The translations under genes were made by a program, and so were the position numbers. This document shows, in pieces, positions 48,930-58,007 of a DNA stretch of 64,000 nucleotides (positions within the stretch are counted from its first letter, which is position 1; each line of letters opens with the position of its first letter). The stretch is from an uncultured Candidatus Rokubacteria bacterium. Lineage in GTDB: Bacteria; Methylomirabilota; Methylomirabilia; Rokubacteriales; DASRDR01. The stretch spans positions 64,001 to 128,000 of the forward strand of contig CAWDVE010000019.1 of NCBI GenBank assembly GCA_963805625.1, in the 5' to 3' direction. The notes beneath the pieces are model-generated. The model worked only from the letters and a program-made list of their open reading frames with translations. It did no database searches and had not been told where the DNA came from.

Positions 48930-49109
48930 GCCGCTCTCCGCAATGGCAAGAGCTGGAGCATCGGCCAGCCCTACGGCGCCTCCAACAGCTGGGTGTGGAC
49001 CCCCACCCAAGCAGGAACCTACGCGCTTCGGGTCTGGGTCCGACAGGCAGGTTCCAGCATCAGCTACCACGCGTGGGCCGGGAGCGGTTTCTTCGCCGCC
49101 GGGCCTTGA
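48930..49109 (+). pseudogene. Fragment of a Y_Y_Y / Ig-like surface-protein repeat
   Basis: WSIGQPYGASNSWVWTPTQAGTYALRVWVR. Confidence 0.55.
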
Positions 49110-49312
49110 GCCGAGCAGGTCCCACGCCCCTCCCGGATTGCGCCCGGGGGCCTTTCGACAAGGCGGCGACCCGCAATGCTGCCACGGCGTCCACCGATGC
49201 CTCCTCCCGGCTTCGGTAGGGTCCCGGTCACCGGGAGACGGGGGTACGGTGCCGGTCGACGCTTTCGCCCAGCCTCGACCCCCGGCCACCCAAGTCGGCA
49301 GCCAGGGGCGGG

Positions 49313-49880
49313 TCAGCGGAGGTCGGCGATGAACTCCAGGAGCAGGCGGTTGACCTCGTCGGGCCGCTCCTGCTTGGTCCAGTGGGAGCAGCGCCGGATG
49401 TTCTCCGTGCGAAGGCCAGGGATCCACCTCGGCATGGGCTCGGCCAGGGCCGGCCGGAGGATCGGATCGTTGTCGGCCGTGATCACGAGCGTCGGCACTC
49501 GGATCGTCGGGTCGGCGATCCGGCGCGCGTCCTCCCAGTTCAGGTCCAGCGCCCGGTACCAGTTGAACGACCCGCGCGTCCCCGAGCTCGGCCTCCGACC
49601 GGTTGGGGGCCTGGTGCCACAGCATGTTAGTAGCCACTTTCGCCGAACCGCTCGCGGAGCGCCTGGGTCGGCGGCATCGGCCCCGGGGGTGCGAACCGCG
49701 GACTCCACCAGCACCGCCACCGCCCAGTGTGCGAAGTGGTCGAGGACCCCCCAGGTGCTGCGCTCGCGCGCGTACCCGTCCAGGTAGGCCTGCCACTCCG
49801 CGGTCGCCATCGGCCACCGGTACCAGGTCCGGGCGAGGTCGTGGTCGCCGACGTAGATCCGAAGGTCCTCGGTGTCACGA
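49313..49880 (-). pseudogene. Chimeric relic: phosphotransferase-like fragment fused to an epoxide hydrolase-type alpha/beta hydrolase C-terminus
   Basis: DHDLARTWYRWP...YLDGY, then NWYRA...VPTLVITADNDPIL...SHWTKQERPDEVN. Confidence 0.6.
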
Positions 49881-49898
49881 TCTGGATGACACCCTCCC

Positions 49899-49965
49899 GG
49901 AGGCGCCCAGGGTGGGGGCCGAGGGCGCGCGATGACCAAGAGTGCGTTTGCGGCGCCTGCATTCT
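49899..49965. repeat. Dispersed ~68-bp intergenic repeat, copy 2
   Basis: Close match to 31953-32021. Confidence 0.8.
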
Positions 49966-50110
49966 GTTCCCCGAGACGTAATTTGCTAGAATGTCGGCTC
50001 ATGCCGGTGGCTCACACGGTGTTCGTCCACGTCACGCGCGTACCGGCGTGTGGCATCTCGGCAACGGGCGCGGCGGCCGGCGGCGTCTTGCCGCGAGGCA
50101 CGACGCGACC

Positions 50111-51715
50111 GTGAAGCCCGCCGCCGACGTCGTCGAGGGGCTCCGTCTCCTGGTGCGGCTCCCGGGGCTTGTCCGTACCGCCATTTCCCGCGAAGACGCC
50201 GAGGCGGCGCTCCGCGGTCGGCTCGAGCGACGCGAGGCCGATTTCCTGGCGCTGGTCCGTCGCGGGGTCTACGAGAATCCGGCGAGCCCGTTCAGGAGTC
50301 TCCTGGCTCACGCGGGTTGCGAGCCAGGCGATCTCGCCCGGCTGGTGTGGGCGAACGGCGTCGAGGGCGCGCTCCGCACGCTCCTGCGGGCCGGAGTGTA
50401 CGTCACGGTGGACGAGCTGAAGGGGCGATGCCCGATCGTCCGTGGGTCCCTGACGTGCACGGCGAGTCCCGAATCTTTCCGCAATCCGCGGGCGCGCGCG
50501 GACATCCTTACCACGAGCGGGGGGAGTCGAGGACCCCGAACGCGTGTGCACCAGGACCTCGCCTTCGTGTGGGAAGGCGTGACGAACCTCCTACTGACGC
50601 TCGACGCGCGCGGGGGTCTCGGCTGGCGCTTCGCGGTGTGGGGTGTGCCCGGCGGCGTCGCCTTCCAGCAGCTCCTCGCTCTGGCGGTGATCGCCCGCGA
50701 TCCTCCGCAGTTCTTCTCGAGACTGGATTCGCGCACCGAGCGCGAGCTGCTTCGACGTTACCGGTGGAGCTTGCGGTTGCTACAGGCCGTCGGACGGCTC
50801 GCCGGACGCCGGTTCCCGCGTCCGCTCCAGGCGCCACTGGCAGATCCGGCCCCCTTGATCCGCTGGTTCGACGCCATTCGGGCGCGCGGCGAGACGCCGC
50901 ACGCCCAGGTCTACGCCAGCACCGGCGTGCGACTCGCCGAGGCGGCCGCCCGCATGGGAACCGACCTTCGCGGAGTGAAGTTCTTCTTGACCGGGGAGCC
51001 CATCACGCCCGCCCGCCGTGCCGCCATCGAGCGAAGCGGCGGGGAGGCCCTGCCTCGCATGGGAAACACCGAGCTGGGGACGGTCGTCGCCAGCGGGTGC
51101 CTCGCTCCCGACGGGTGTGACGAGATGCACGTCCTGCACGACATGCAGGCCGTGATCCAGCCGGCGGACGACGGTAGGCCGGGGCTCACGCCGCGGACGC
51201 TCCTGGCCTCGTCCATCCGACCGCAGGCGCCCCTCGTTCTCTTGAACGCCTCTCTCGGCGACGTCGGAACGCTGTCCGAGCGAGCGTGCCACTGTCCGAT
51301 GGCCGTCCTCGGCTGGACGCTGCACCTGTCAGAGGTCCGGAGCCACGAGAAGCTGACCGCCGGCGGGATGACCATCCACGATTCCGACCTGATCCGGGTA
51401 CTGGAAGAAGTGCTTCCCGCCCGCTTCGGCGGAGGGCCGCTCGACTACCAGCTCGTGGAGGAAGAAACCGCCGCCGGTGACCCCGCCCTCAGCCTCCGCG
51501 TTCATCCGGCGGTCGGCCCCCTCGATCCGAGAGCCGTGGCGAATGCCTTCCTCGACGCCATCGGCCACGGTCGGGGTTTCGAGCGGGTGATGAGCGAGAC
51601 CTGGCGGGAGGCCGGCTTTGTGCGGGTCGAGCGTCGCGCGCCCGTGGCCACCCCCGGGGGCAAGGTCCAGCATCGTCACTCCGCGGGCCGACATCCCGTG
51701 TCGTCGGGCACCTGA
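50111..51715 (+). CDS. Phenylacetate-CoA ligase-like (ANL superfamily) hypothetical protein
   Basis: TTSGGSRG P-loop-like motif, LTGEPIT, GNTELG, LLNASLGD, RS.EKL, DYQLVEE, GKV. GTG start inferred. Confidence 0.7.
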   Translation: MKPAADVVEGLRLLVRLPGLVRTAISREDAEAALRGRLERREADFLALVRRGVYENPASPFRSLLAHAGCEPGDLARLVWANGVEGALRTLLRAGVYVTVDELKGRCPIVRGSLTCTASPESFRNPRARADILTTSGGSRGPRTRVHQDLAFVWEGVTNLLLTLDARGGLGWRFAVWGVPGGVAFQQLLALAVIARDPPQFFSRLDSRTERELLRRYRWSLRLLQAVGRLAGRRFPRPLQAPLADPAPLIRWFDAIRARGETPHAQVYASTGVRLAEAAARMGTDLRGVKFFLTGEPITPARRAAIERSGGEALPRMGNTELGTVVASGCLAPDGCDEMHVLHDMQAVIQPADDGRPGLTPRTLLASSIRPQAPLVLLNASLGDVGTLSERACHCPMAVLGWTLHLSEVRSHEKLTAGGMTIHDSDLIRVLEEVLPARFGGGPLDYQLVEEETAAGDPALSLRVHPAVGPLDPRAVANAFLDAIGHGRGFERVMSETWREAGFVRVERRAPVATPGGKVQHRHSAGRHPVSSGT

Positions 51716-51716
51716 C

Positions 51717-52736
51717 ATGCTCCGGGCGGCGCACCGAGGCTCTCGGCGCGGCGCCCTGCCTGTGGCGCTCGCGCTGACCGCCATCGTGATCGCACTCCTC
51801 CCGGCGTCGGCCCTGGCCCAATCGGGAGGGCTCCGTGCACCGCTCCGCCTCGGCTGGACCCTCACGGGCGGCGTGCAGCAACTCCCCATGTACCTCGCCG
51901 CCGAGGGCTTCTTCGCCGAGGAGGGGCTCGACGTCCAGGTCGTGAGCCTTTCCAGCGGGAGCCGGGTGATGGCGGCGCTCGCCGCCGGATCGGTGGACGT
52001 GGCCATGTCCAGTCTCGACGCCGTGGTCACCGTCATCGGCGCCGGGCATCCGATCCGCGTGTTCTATGCTCCGAGAACGGCCGTGGGTTTCGTGTGGTAC
52101 ACCCGCCCCGGTATCAGCGGCTGGAAGGACCTCAAGGGTCGCACGGTCGCCATCTCGAGCTTCGGCTCCCTCACGGACGTTCTCACGCGGTTCGCCTTGA
52201 AGCGCCATGGCCTGAGTCCTGGCGTGGACGTGAACATGATCCAGTTGGCGGAGTCCGCGACGCGGATGGCCGCGCTCCGGGCCGGTCGGGTGGACGCCAT
52301 CATCGTTTCCCCTCCGCTCAACTACTCCGCGGAGGAGCTTGGGCTTTCCTTGCTCGACACCCAGCAGACGGCGATCGGTGAGCTGTGGCCCCAGGGGGTC
52401 TTCGCCGCACGCGAGCGCCTCTTGGCGGAGCAACCGGGTTCGCTTCGGGCCCTGCTTCGAGCGTACATCCGCGGCGTGCGCCGAGCCCGTGCCGAGCGCG
52501 GGGCCTCGGTCGAGGTCATGATGACTCAGGGGAAGTTCTCGCGCGCCCACGCCGAGCGCCTCTACGCCGAGGCTCTCCCGACCCTTGACGAGCGCGGCGA
52601 CCCTCCGCCTCGCGCCATGACCGCCTTCTGGGGGATGCTGGCGGCGTCCGGCGAGATCTCGGAGCCCTGGCCCGAGGCACGATTTCTCGACCGACGCTTC
52701 ATCGATACCTTCGCTGAGTGGGCTCCTCCGCGCTGA
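51717..52736 (+). CDS. NitT/TauT/THI5-like substrate-binding protein (orphan)
   Basis: Signal peptide; EGFFAEEGLDV, DLKGRTVAISSFGSLT, GRVDA. Confidence 0.9.
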   Translation: MLRAAHRGSRRGALPVALALTAIVIALLPASALAQSGGLRAPLRLGWTLTGGVQQLPMYLAAEGFFAEEGLDVQVVSLSSGSRVMAALAAGSVDVAMSSLDAVVTVIGAGHPIRVFYAPRTAVGFVWYTRPGISGWKDLKGRTVAISSFGSLTDVLTRFALKRHGLSPGVDVNMIQLAESATRMAALRAGRVDAIIVSPPLNYSAEELGLSLLDTQQTAIGELWPQGVFAARERLLAEQPGSLRALLRAYIRGVRRARAERGASVEVMMTQGKFSRAHAERLYAEALPTLDERGDPPPRAMTAFWGMLAASGEISEPWPEARFLDRRFIDTFAEWAPPR

Positions 52737-52779
52737 CCCCTGACCGCCGGTGGCCCACCTCGAGCTCGATCGCGTCCGG

Positions 52780-53224
52780 CTCGCCTTTCCACCGGGCGCT
52801 CCGGGCGCAGTCCCCGGTGCCGATCGCCACCGGCGAGGTGCTCACGCGGCGGCAGGCCTTCGAGCCGTGGATCAGGGAGGGCGCCGCCGACATCCTGCAG
52901 CCGGACGTGACGATCTGCGGGGGGCTGTCCGAGGCGCGCCAGATCTGGCAGGCGGCGTCCGACCGCGGGATCCGCCTGGTCATGCACGGCTGGAACACGG
53001 CGGTCGGCGCCGCCGCGGACCTGCAGCTCACTGCCTCGATGCCGAACGGGAGGTTCCTCGAGTACTGGCACCCGGCCCCCTACGTGAGCGGGATCCTGCG
53101 GACACCGCTGGTCCTCGACGAAACGGGGCTCCTGCCGGTGCCCGATCGTCCGGGGCTGGGAATCGAGATCGACCTGGAGGCGGTGCGCGCCTGCCGGCGC
53201 GGCGCCGAGGACTTCGGGGGGTAG
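52780..53224 (+). pseudogene. C-terminal fragment of a mandelate racemase/enolase superfamily enzyme
   Basis: PIATGE, DILQPD..ICGGLSE, HGW, PDRPGLGIEID; N-terminal half absent. Confidence 0.8.
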
Positions 53225-53250
53225 GGGACCGAGGAGGCGGACACCGCGGC

Positions 53251-53724
53251 ATGACCACCATCCTGTTCGTCTGCACAGGGAACATCTTCCGCAGCCTCAC
53301 CGCGGAGTACGCGCTGCGCGCGCAGCTGCCGCCGTCCCATCCCTACCGGGTCAGGTCCGCGGGCATCGAGGCGCACCCGGAGTCCGTGGCGCCCACGGTC
53401 CGCGACCGGCTGCTGGCCAGGGGCGTCGACTGCCGCGACCACGTCCAGCGGCGGCTGACCCACGCGGTGCTGGCCGAGGCCGACCTCGTCGTGGCGATGG
53501 GCCTGGACCATCGCGCGTTCATCCGACGGGTGTTCTCGCGCGAGGCCCCTCTCTTCCACGAGATCTGCTTCCGGCGGGAGGAGGGGGTCCTGGACCTCCA
53601 CGAGGCGCTGCCGGACTGGTCGCGCGATCCCGAGGCCAGCCAGCGGTACATGGTGCGGACCGTGGATCACATCTGGAAGGCGATGCCGGCGTTCATCGCC
53701 CGGCTGCCGGACTGGGTGCGGTGA
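53251..53724 (+). CDS. Low-molecular-weight phosphatase (LMW-PTP/ArsC fold), atypical
   Basis: ILFVCTGNIFRS P-loop, SAG, ADLVVAM..DH; RBS GAGGAGG. Confidence 0.85.
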   Translation: MTTILFVCTGNIFRSLTAEYALRAQLPPSHPYRVRSAGIEAHPESVAPTVRDRLLARGVDCRDHVQRRLTHAVLAEADLVVAMGLDHRAFIRRVFSREAPLFHEICFRREEGVLDLHEALPDWSRDPEASQRYMVRTVDHIWKAMPAFIARLPDWVR

Positions 53725-54257
53725 CGCGGGGCAGTGCCGAGGGCGAGCGACCGGCGGTCCGCCGGCTCCGCCGTCCTCCGCGCGCCGTCGCGCGCCGGCG
53801 GCGACTCGGCGTCCCTCTTGGCAACGCACCCGCCGGCTATCCCGACACAATTCCACTGTCTCGTCGACCACGATCCAGAGCACGCTCCTGCGCCGGGCCT
53901 CCGAGATCTATGCAGAGGGGACCGGAGTCATGGTGATCCAGGTCACCGACCTCGGCACGCTCGATATTGGGGCACACGGCAGGAGCGCACCGCCTTATCT
54001 CGAGTCGCAAGACGCCAGATGGTCCCACGCTGGCGGACAAGGGGCACCGTTCGGTCCTTGACAGCGATGGCTACTACGCGCAGGCCTTTCGGGTCGTACG
54101 GCGTCTTTGAGACGAACGAAGCGATGAATAGTGCGGGCGCGGCTGGACCAAGATACGCCGTCAAGCTCTGCGGCCGAGCCTAGCCCAACTCCGTACCCTC
54201 TCCTCGTACCCCACGTCCAACGCCGGCTACGCACCGGGCAATCCTGGCACGGCCAGT

Positions 54258-55685
54258 TCAGGACGCCACCCATCCTGTCGGATTGGGCCGGCGGGTGTGC
54301 CAGGGGGTGGCGCGCTCGTAGGCGCGCGCGATGCGGAGCACGGTCACCTCGTCGAACGGCCTGCCCACCAGCTGGATCGAGACCGGCAGACCGTCTCGAC
54401 TGAAGCCGGACGGCACGGAGATGGCCGGCTGGCCGGTCAGGTTCCAGGGCGCCGTATAGCGGCTGGTCTGCGGCATGATCACGTGCTGGGGAATCTCGTC
54501 AAAGGAGAGGGCCGGCACGGCCTGGCCGGGGAAGATCAGCGCATCGACCCGCTCCAGCACGGCCGCCACCTCGCGGGCCAACCGGGTCCGCAGCCGCTGG
54601 GCACGCAGGTAGTCCTGGGCGGTGAAGGTGCCCGCCATGTACAGCTTCGTGCGCAGGAAGTCGCCGTACTCGTTGGGGCGCTGGCGGAGCGTTTCACGAT
54701 GGTAGTCGAACGCCTCGGCCACCAGCGGCACCCAGATCGAGGGCAACAGGTCGAGCAGCGGAATGTCGACCTCTTCGATGCGGGCGCCCTGACGCTCCAG
54801 CTCGGCGAACGCCGCCACGGCCGCGCTCCGCACGTCCGCGTGCAGCCCCGCCCAGTCCAGGTAGTAGCGCCGCGGCAGGCCCAGCCGCGTGCCGCGCACG
54901 CCGCCCTCCAGATCGCGGATGTAGTTGGGCGGGCTCATGGCGGATGTCGAGGCGTCGGCCGGGTCGTGGCCGGCGATTGCCTGCAGCATCACGGCCGTGT
55001 CCCACACCGTCCGGGTCATCGGGCCGACGTGGTCCAGCGACCAGCACATCGGCAGCACGCCGGTCCGGCTCACCAGGCCGTAGGTGGGCTTGAGGCCGAC
55101 GATGCCGCAGTTGGCAGCCGGCCCGCGGATCGAGCCACCGGTATCGGAGCCGAGCGCGCCGGCGCACAGCCCGGCCGCCACGGCCACGCCGGAGCCGGAG
55201 CTGGAGCCGGCCGGCACCCGCGCCACGTTCCAGGGGTTCCGGCCGGTCGGGAACGGTCCCTCGCGGGTGGGGTAGCCCCAGGCGAACTCGTGCATGCTCA
55301 GCTTGCCCAGCAGCACCGCCCCAGCCTCGTCCAGCCGCCGGGCCACGAAGGCGTCCTCGGCGGGCACATGGTCCGCCAGCACCCGGGAGCCGCCGGTCAG
55401 CTTCACCCCAGCCACGGCCACCAGGTCCTTGATGGCGATCGGCACGCCGTGGAGCGGCCCGCGCCGCTCGCCGCGCGCCAGCGCCGCGTCCGCTTGACGG
55501 GCCTGCTCGAGCGCCCGCTCGGCGGTGACGGTGATGTACGACTGGAGCACGCCGTCGTGTCGCTCAATGCGCCGCAGGTACGCCTCGGTCACCTCCACCG
55601 AGGAGAAGGCGCCGACGCGCAGCCCCTCGCTAATGCCCTTCAGATCCAGGTCGCAGATCTGCTCGGCAGCGGTTGTGGCGCTCAT
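54258..55685 (-). CDS. Amidase signature family protein
   Basis: PLHGVPIAIKD, GSSSGSG, GSDTGGSIR, GLKPTYG, GLPVSIQLVG. Confidence 0.95.
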   Translation of the reverse strand: MSATTAAEQICDLDLKGISEGLRVGAFSSVEVTEAYLRRIERHDGVLQSYITVTAERALEQARQADAALARGERRGPLHGVPIAIKDLVAVAGVKLTGGSRVLADHVPAEDAFVARRLDEAGAVLLGKLSMHEFAWGYPTREGPFPTGRNPWNVARVPAGSSSGSGVAVAAGLCAGALGSDTGGSIRGPAANCGIVGLKPTYGLVSRTGVLPMCWSLDHVGPMTRTVWDTAVMLQAIAGHDPADASTSAMSPPNYIRDLEGGVRGTRLGLPRRYYLDWAGLHADVRSAAVAAFAELERQGARIEEVDIPLLDLLPSIWVPLVAEAFDYHRETLRQRPNEYGDFLRTKLYMAGTFTAQDYLRAQRLRTRLAREVAAVLERVDALIFPGQAVPALSFDEIPQHVIMPQTSRYTAPWNLTGQPAISVPSGFSRDGLPVSIQLVGRPFDEVTVLRIARAYERATPWHTRRPNPTGWVAS

Positions 55686-55915
55686 CGGCCTCCCCGCACG
55701 GTCGGCTTCTCAACGAAGGTCGGCTCATCCTCCGGCATGATCGGCGTGCTTCGGAGGACGTCGCGGTTGGGCAGGTAGTCCTGCCAGAGGACGAACAGGT
55801 TGTCGCGCTCGCCCTCGGGGATGTCGAGGTCGGCAGCCTGCAATTCGGCCTCGAAGCGGCGGCGGCATTCGATGACGTCCACGGTAGCCTCCTGGGTTAG
55901 GGGGACGGGCGTCAT
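55682..55915 (-). CDS. Small acidic protein coupled to the amidase (possible GatC/AtzG-like partner)
   Basis: ATGA overlap with the amidase; ends ...EDEPTF, resembling the EP-x-F tail of amidase partners. Start uncertain. Confidence 0.55.
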   Translation of the reverse strand: MTPVPLTQEATVDVIECRRRFEAELQAADLDIPEGERDNLFVLWQDYLPNRDVLRSTPIMPEDEPTFVEKPTVRGGR

Positions 55916-56001
55916 CAGGGTAGCATCTGGCGCCATGTCGAGGAGGAGTAGTACGACTACGGATCTGAACGCGTGGCCTTTCGCGTCCCGCAAAGCACGC
56001 G

Positions 56002-56640
56002 GTGGCCGGGGCCGTCTTCACCGTGGACCCCCTCACGGGCTCCCGCACGATCCTCAGTGACTTTGGCAACGCGACCCAAGGCCCAATAGGACCGGAGACA
56101 GGTGGTCTCACTCTGGACGCCTCCGGCACCATCCTGGTCACCGACATTCAGGCCGGCACGGGCGGGCTCGGGGCCCTCTTCACCGTGGATCCCGTCAGCG
56201 GCTCCCGCACGATCCTCAGCGACTTTGGCGACGGGCCCAGGGCCCGACAGGAGGCTCCGGTACCATCCTCGTCACCGACCATCAGGCCGGCACGGGCGGG
56301 GGCCTCTTCACCGTGGTGCCGACGGCTCCCGCTCTCAGTGACGACGATAACCAGGGCTGGCAGTCCGGCACCATCCTGGCCGGCACGGGCGGGCTCGGCG
56401 CCTCCTCGACGTTGGTCGAGTTCACCTTCAGCGGCAGTGACGATGTCGGCGTGAGCGCCTTCGAGTGCAGCCTGGATGGCGCAGCCTTCAGCGCCGCTCG
56501 AGCCCCACCAGCTACATCAACCTGGGCGGCGGAACCCATACCTTCCAGGTCAGGGCGGTCGACACCTCTGGGAACGAGGATCCAAGTCCAGCCACGTTCA
56601 GCTGGTTCATCCCAGGGCACCGCGCCAAGTGAGTGTAGGC
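56002..56640 (+). pseudogene. Degraded surface protein (beta-propeller repeats + Ig-like domain)
   Basis: Repeats GALFTVDP.SGSRTILSDFG and SGTILVTD.QAGTGG; VEFTFSGSDD...FECSLDG / GTHTFQVRAVDTSGNEDPSPA..W split by frameshifts. Confidence 0.7.
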
Positions 56641-57296
56641 TGAAGGTGGGCTCTCTGCCTCGCCTTCCCGACGCGGGCTACTCCACCGGCTAGACGCTCT
56701 CCGGCCTGCCGCTCGCTAGAGTCCGGCCACCCTGGGAATGCGCCCGCTGGGCTGACGGCGGGGTCGGGGAGCGGCCCAGGAAACAGGCTTTGCACCGCGT
56801 AGGTTCCTAAGCTGCGCACGGGTCAGCCGATGCTCCCGTCTTCGGTGACTGCTGGACGCCGGGCGCACCCTCGGCACCGGGCGACTCGCCCCGTCACTGC
56901 TCCGCTGGGCAGTGGTTCGGGAGTTCGTGGTCTTCGCACGGGACCTGGATATCCGGCGCGGTGTCGGTTCCGTCCCTGCGGTGGGCGGATCTATCGGCGT
57001 CAACGGTGGCGTGCCTGAAGGATATCGACCCCGCGCTCGGCGAGCAGGAGGTCGATCGCTTGCGGCGTGAAGAACAGTACTGACGGCTGGGGTGGCTGGG
57101 AGCGCGCCTGGTGCACTACCGCTGGGACACGACGCAGCCCACCTACATGCCATACCTGGACCGCTGGTACCGACCACAGGGCGGAGACGCATTGACGTCA
57201 TGGCTCTACACGGCACCGGACCAGCGTGGCCGAGGTATCCAGCCCGCGAACCACGCGGATCTGCGAGAGCAGGTGCTCACGCGCGGGTGCCGCCGG

Positions 57297-57497
57297 TCAC
57301 TCGGCATCGTGGCGGTGTGATCGACCGCACGGACCTCTTCGTGTCCGCGTCCCGGGTGGGCGTGGAGGGGACAGCCGAACTCCGGACGGCCTCGTTGCGA
57401 AGCCGCACGATTGGCAGGCGGGCGGCAGCGCGGCTCCGCAGTTCGAACAAAAGCGGTGGCCCTCGCGGTTCTCGTGCTGGCATCGCGGGCATTGCAT
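57297..57497 (-). pseudogene. Double zinc-ribbon N-terminus typical of adenylate/guanylate cyclases, truncated
   Basis: MQCPRCQHEN...RFCSNCGAAL...CQSCG, then similarity ends. Confidence 0.7.
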
Positions 57498-57549
57498 TTC
57501 CGGGGCTCCAGTGTCCTTGGCAAACGCGTGCCGGAGTGTTCCGGCCAGC

Positions 57550-57666
57550 GCACAAGGATCCCTTAATCCAGGACGCGAGACGGTCGATCAGCACGTCCTC
57601 GATGCCGTAAAATGCATGCGGGGACCGCAGGCTGCAGGGGAGGCCGGCCGGCGTCAAGGACGGCAA
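57550..57666 (-). pseudogene. C-terminal fragment of an alpha/beta hydrolase
   Basis: GLPCSLRSPHAFYGIEDVLIDRLASWIK resembles a C...HxFxGIE...WIK tail. Confidence 0.45.
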
Positions 57667-58007
57667 CGGGCGGCACCTGCTGCCGGGCCTGCCCCAACCG
57701 GCCAGCGCGCCTCACGGAAGTCTCACGGAAGTCTGGATCAATCCTGCATGCTCCCTGTCGGGCCGGTGGCCAACTCGCATCTGGGGCGGCTCCTAGGAAT
57801 GGCGAAAATCCCCACTCGAGAGCCAGGAGCACATTCCTGGTCTCGTTCCCTGAAAGGAGACTCAGTTTGATCGCTGCCACCAGTGCCAATTAGGCACTTG
57901 CGCGTTGACGGCCCTGCGCGCATGTTCCTATAGTTGACTCTTCCCATACCGTCCTGAGTAGCGAGGGTAAGCGTGGCGAGTTCACTCCGCACGGGTGTCC
58001 CCTGGCG

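Noticed and set aside
53840-54250. Lower-GC intergenic tract that might be an ncRNA or gene relic
   Set aside because: No convincing stems or protein motifs found by eye.
54258-55685. gatA of a gatCAB operon
   Set aside because: No gatB adjacent; treated as a generic amidase.
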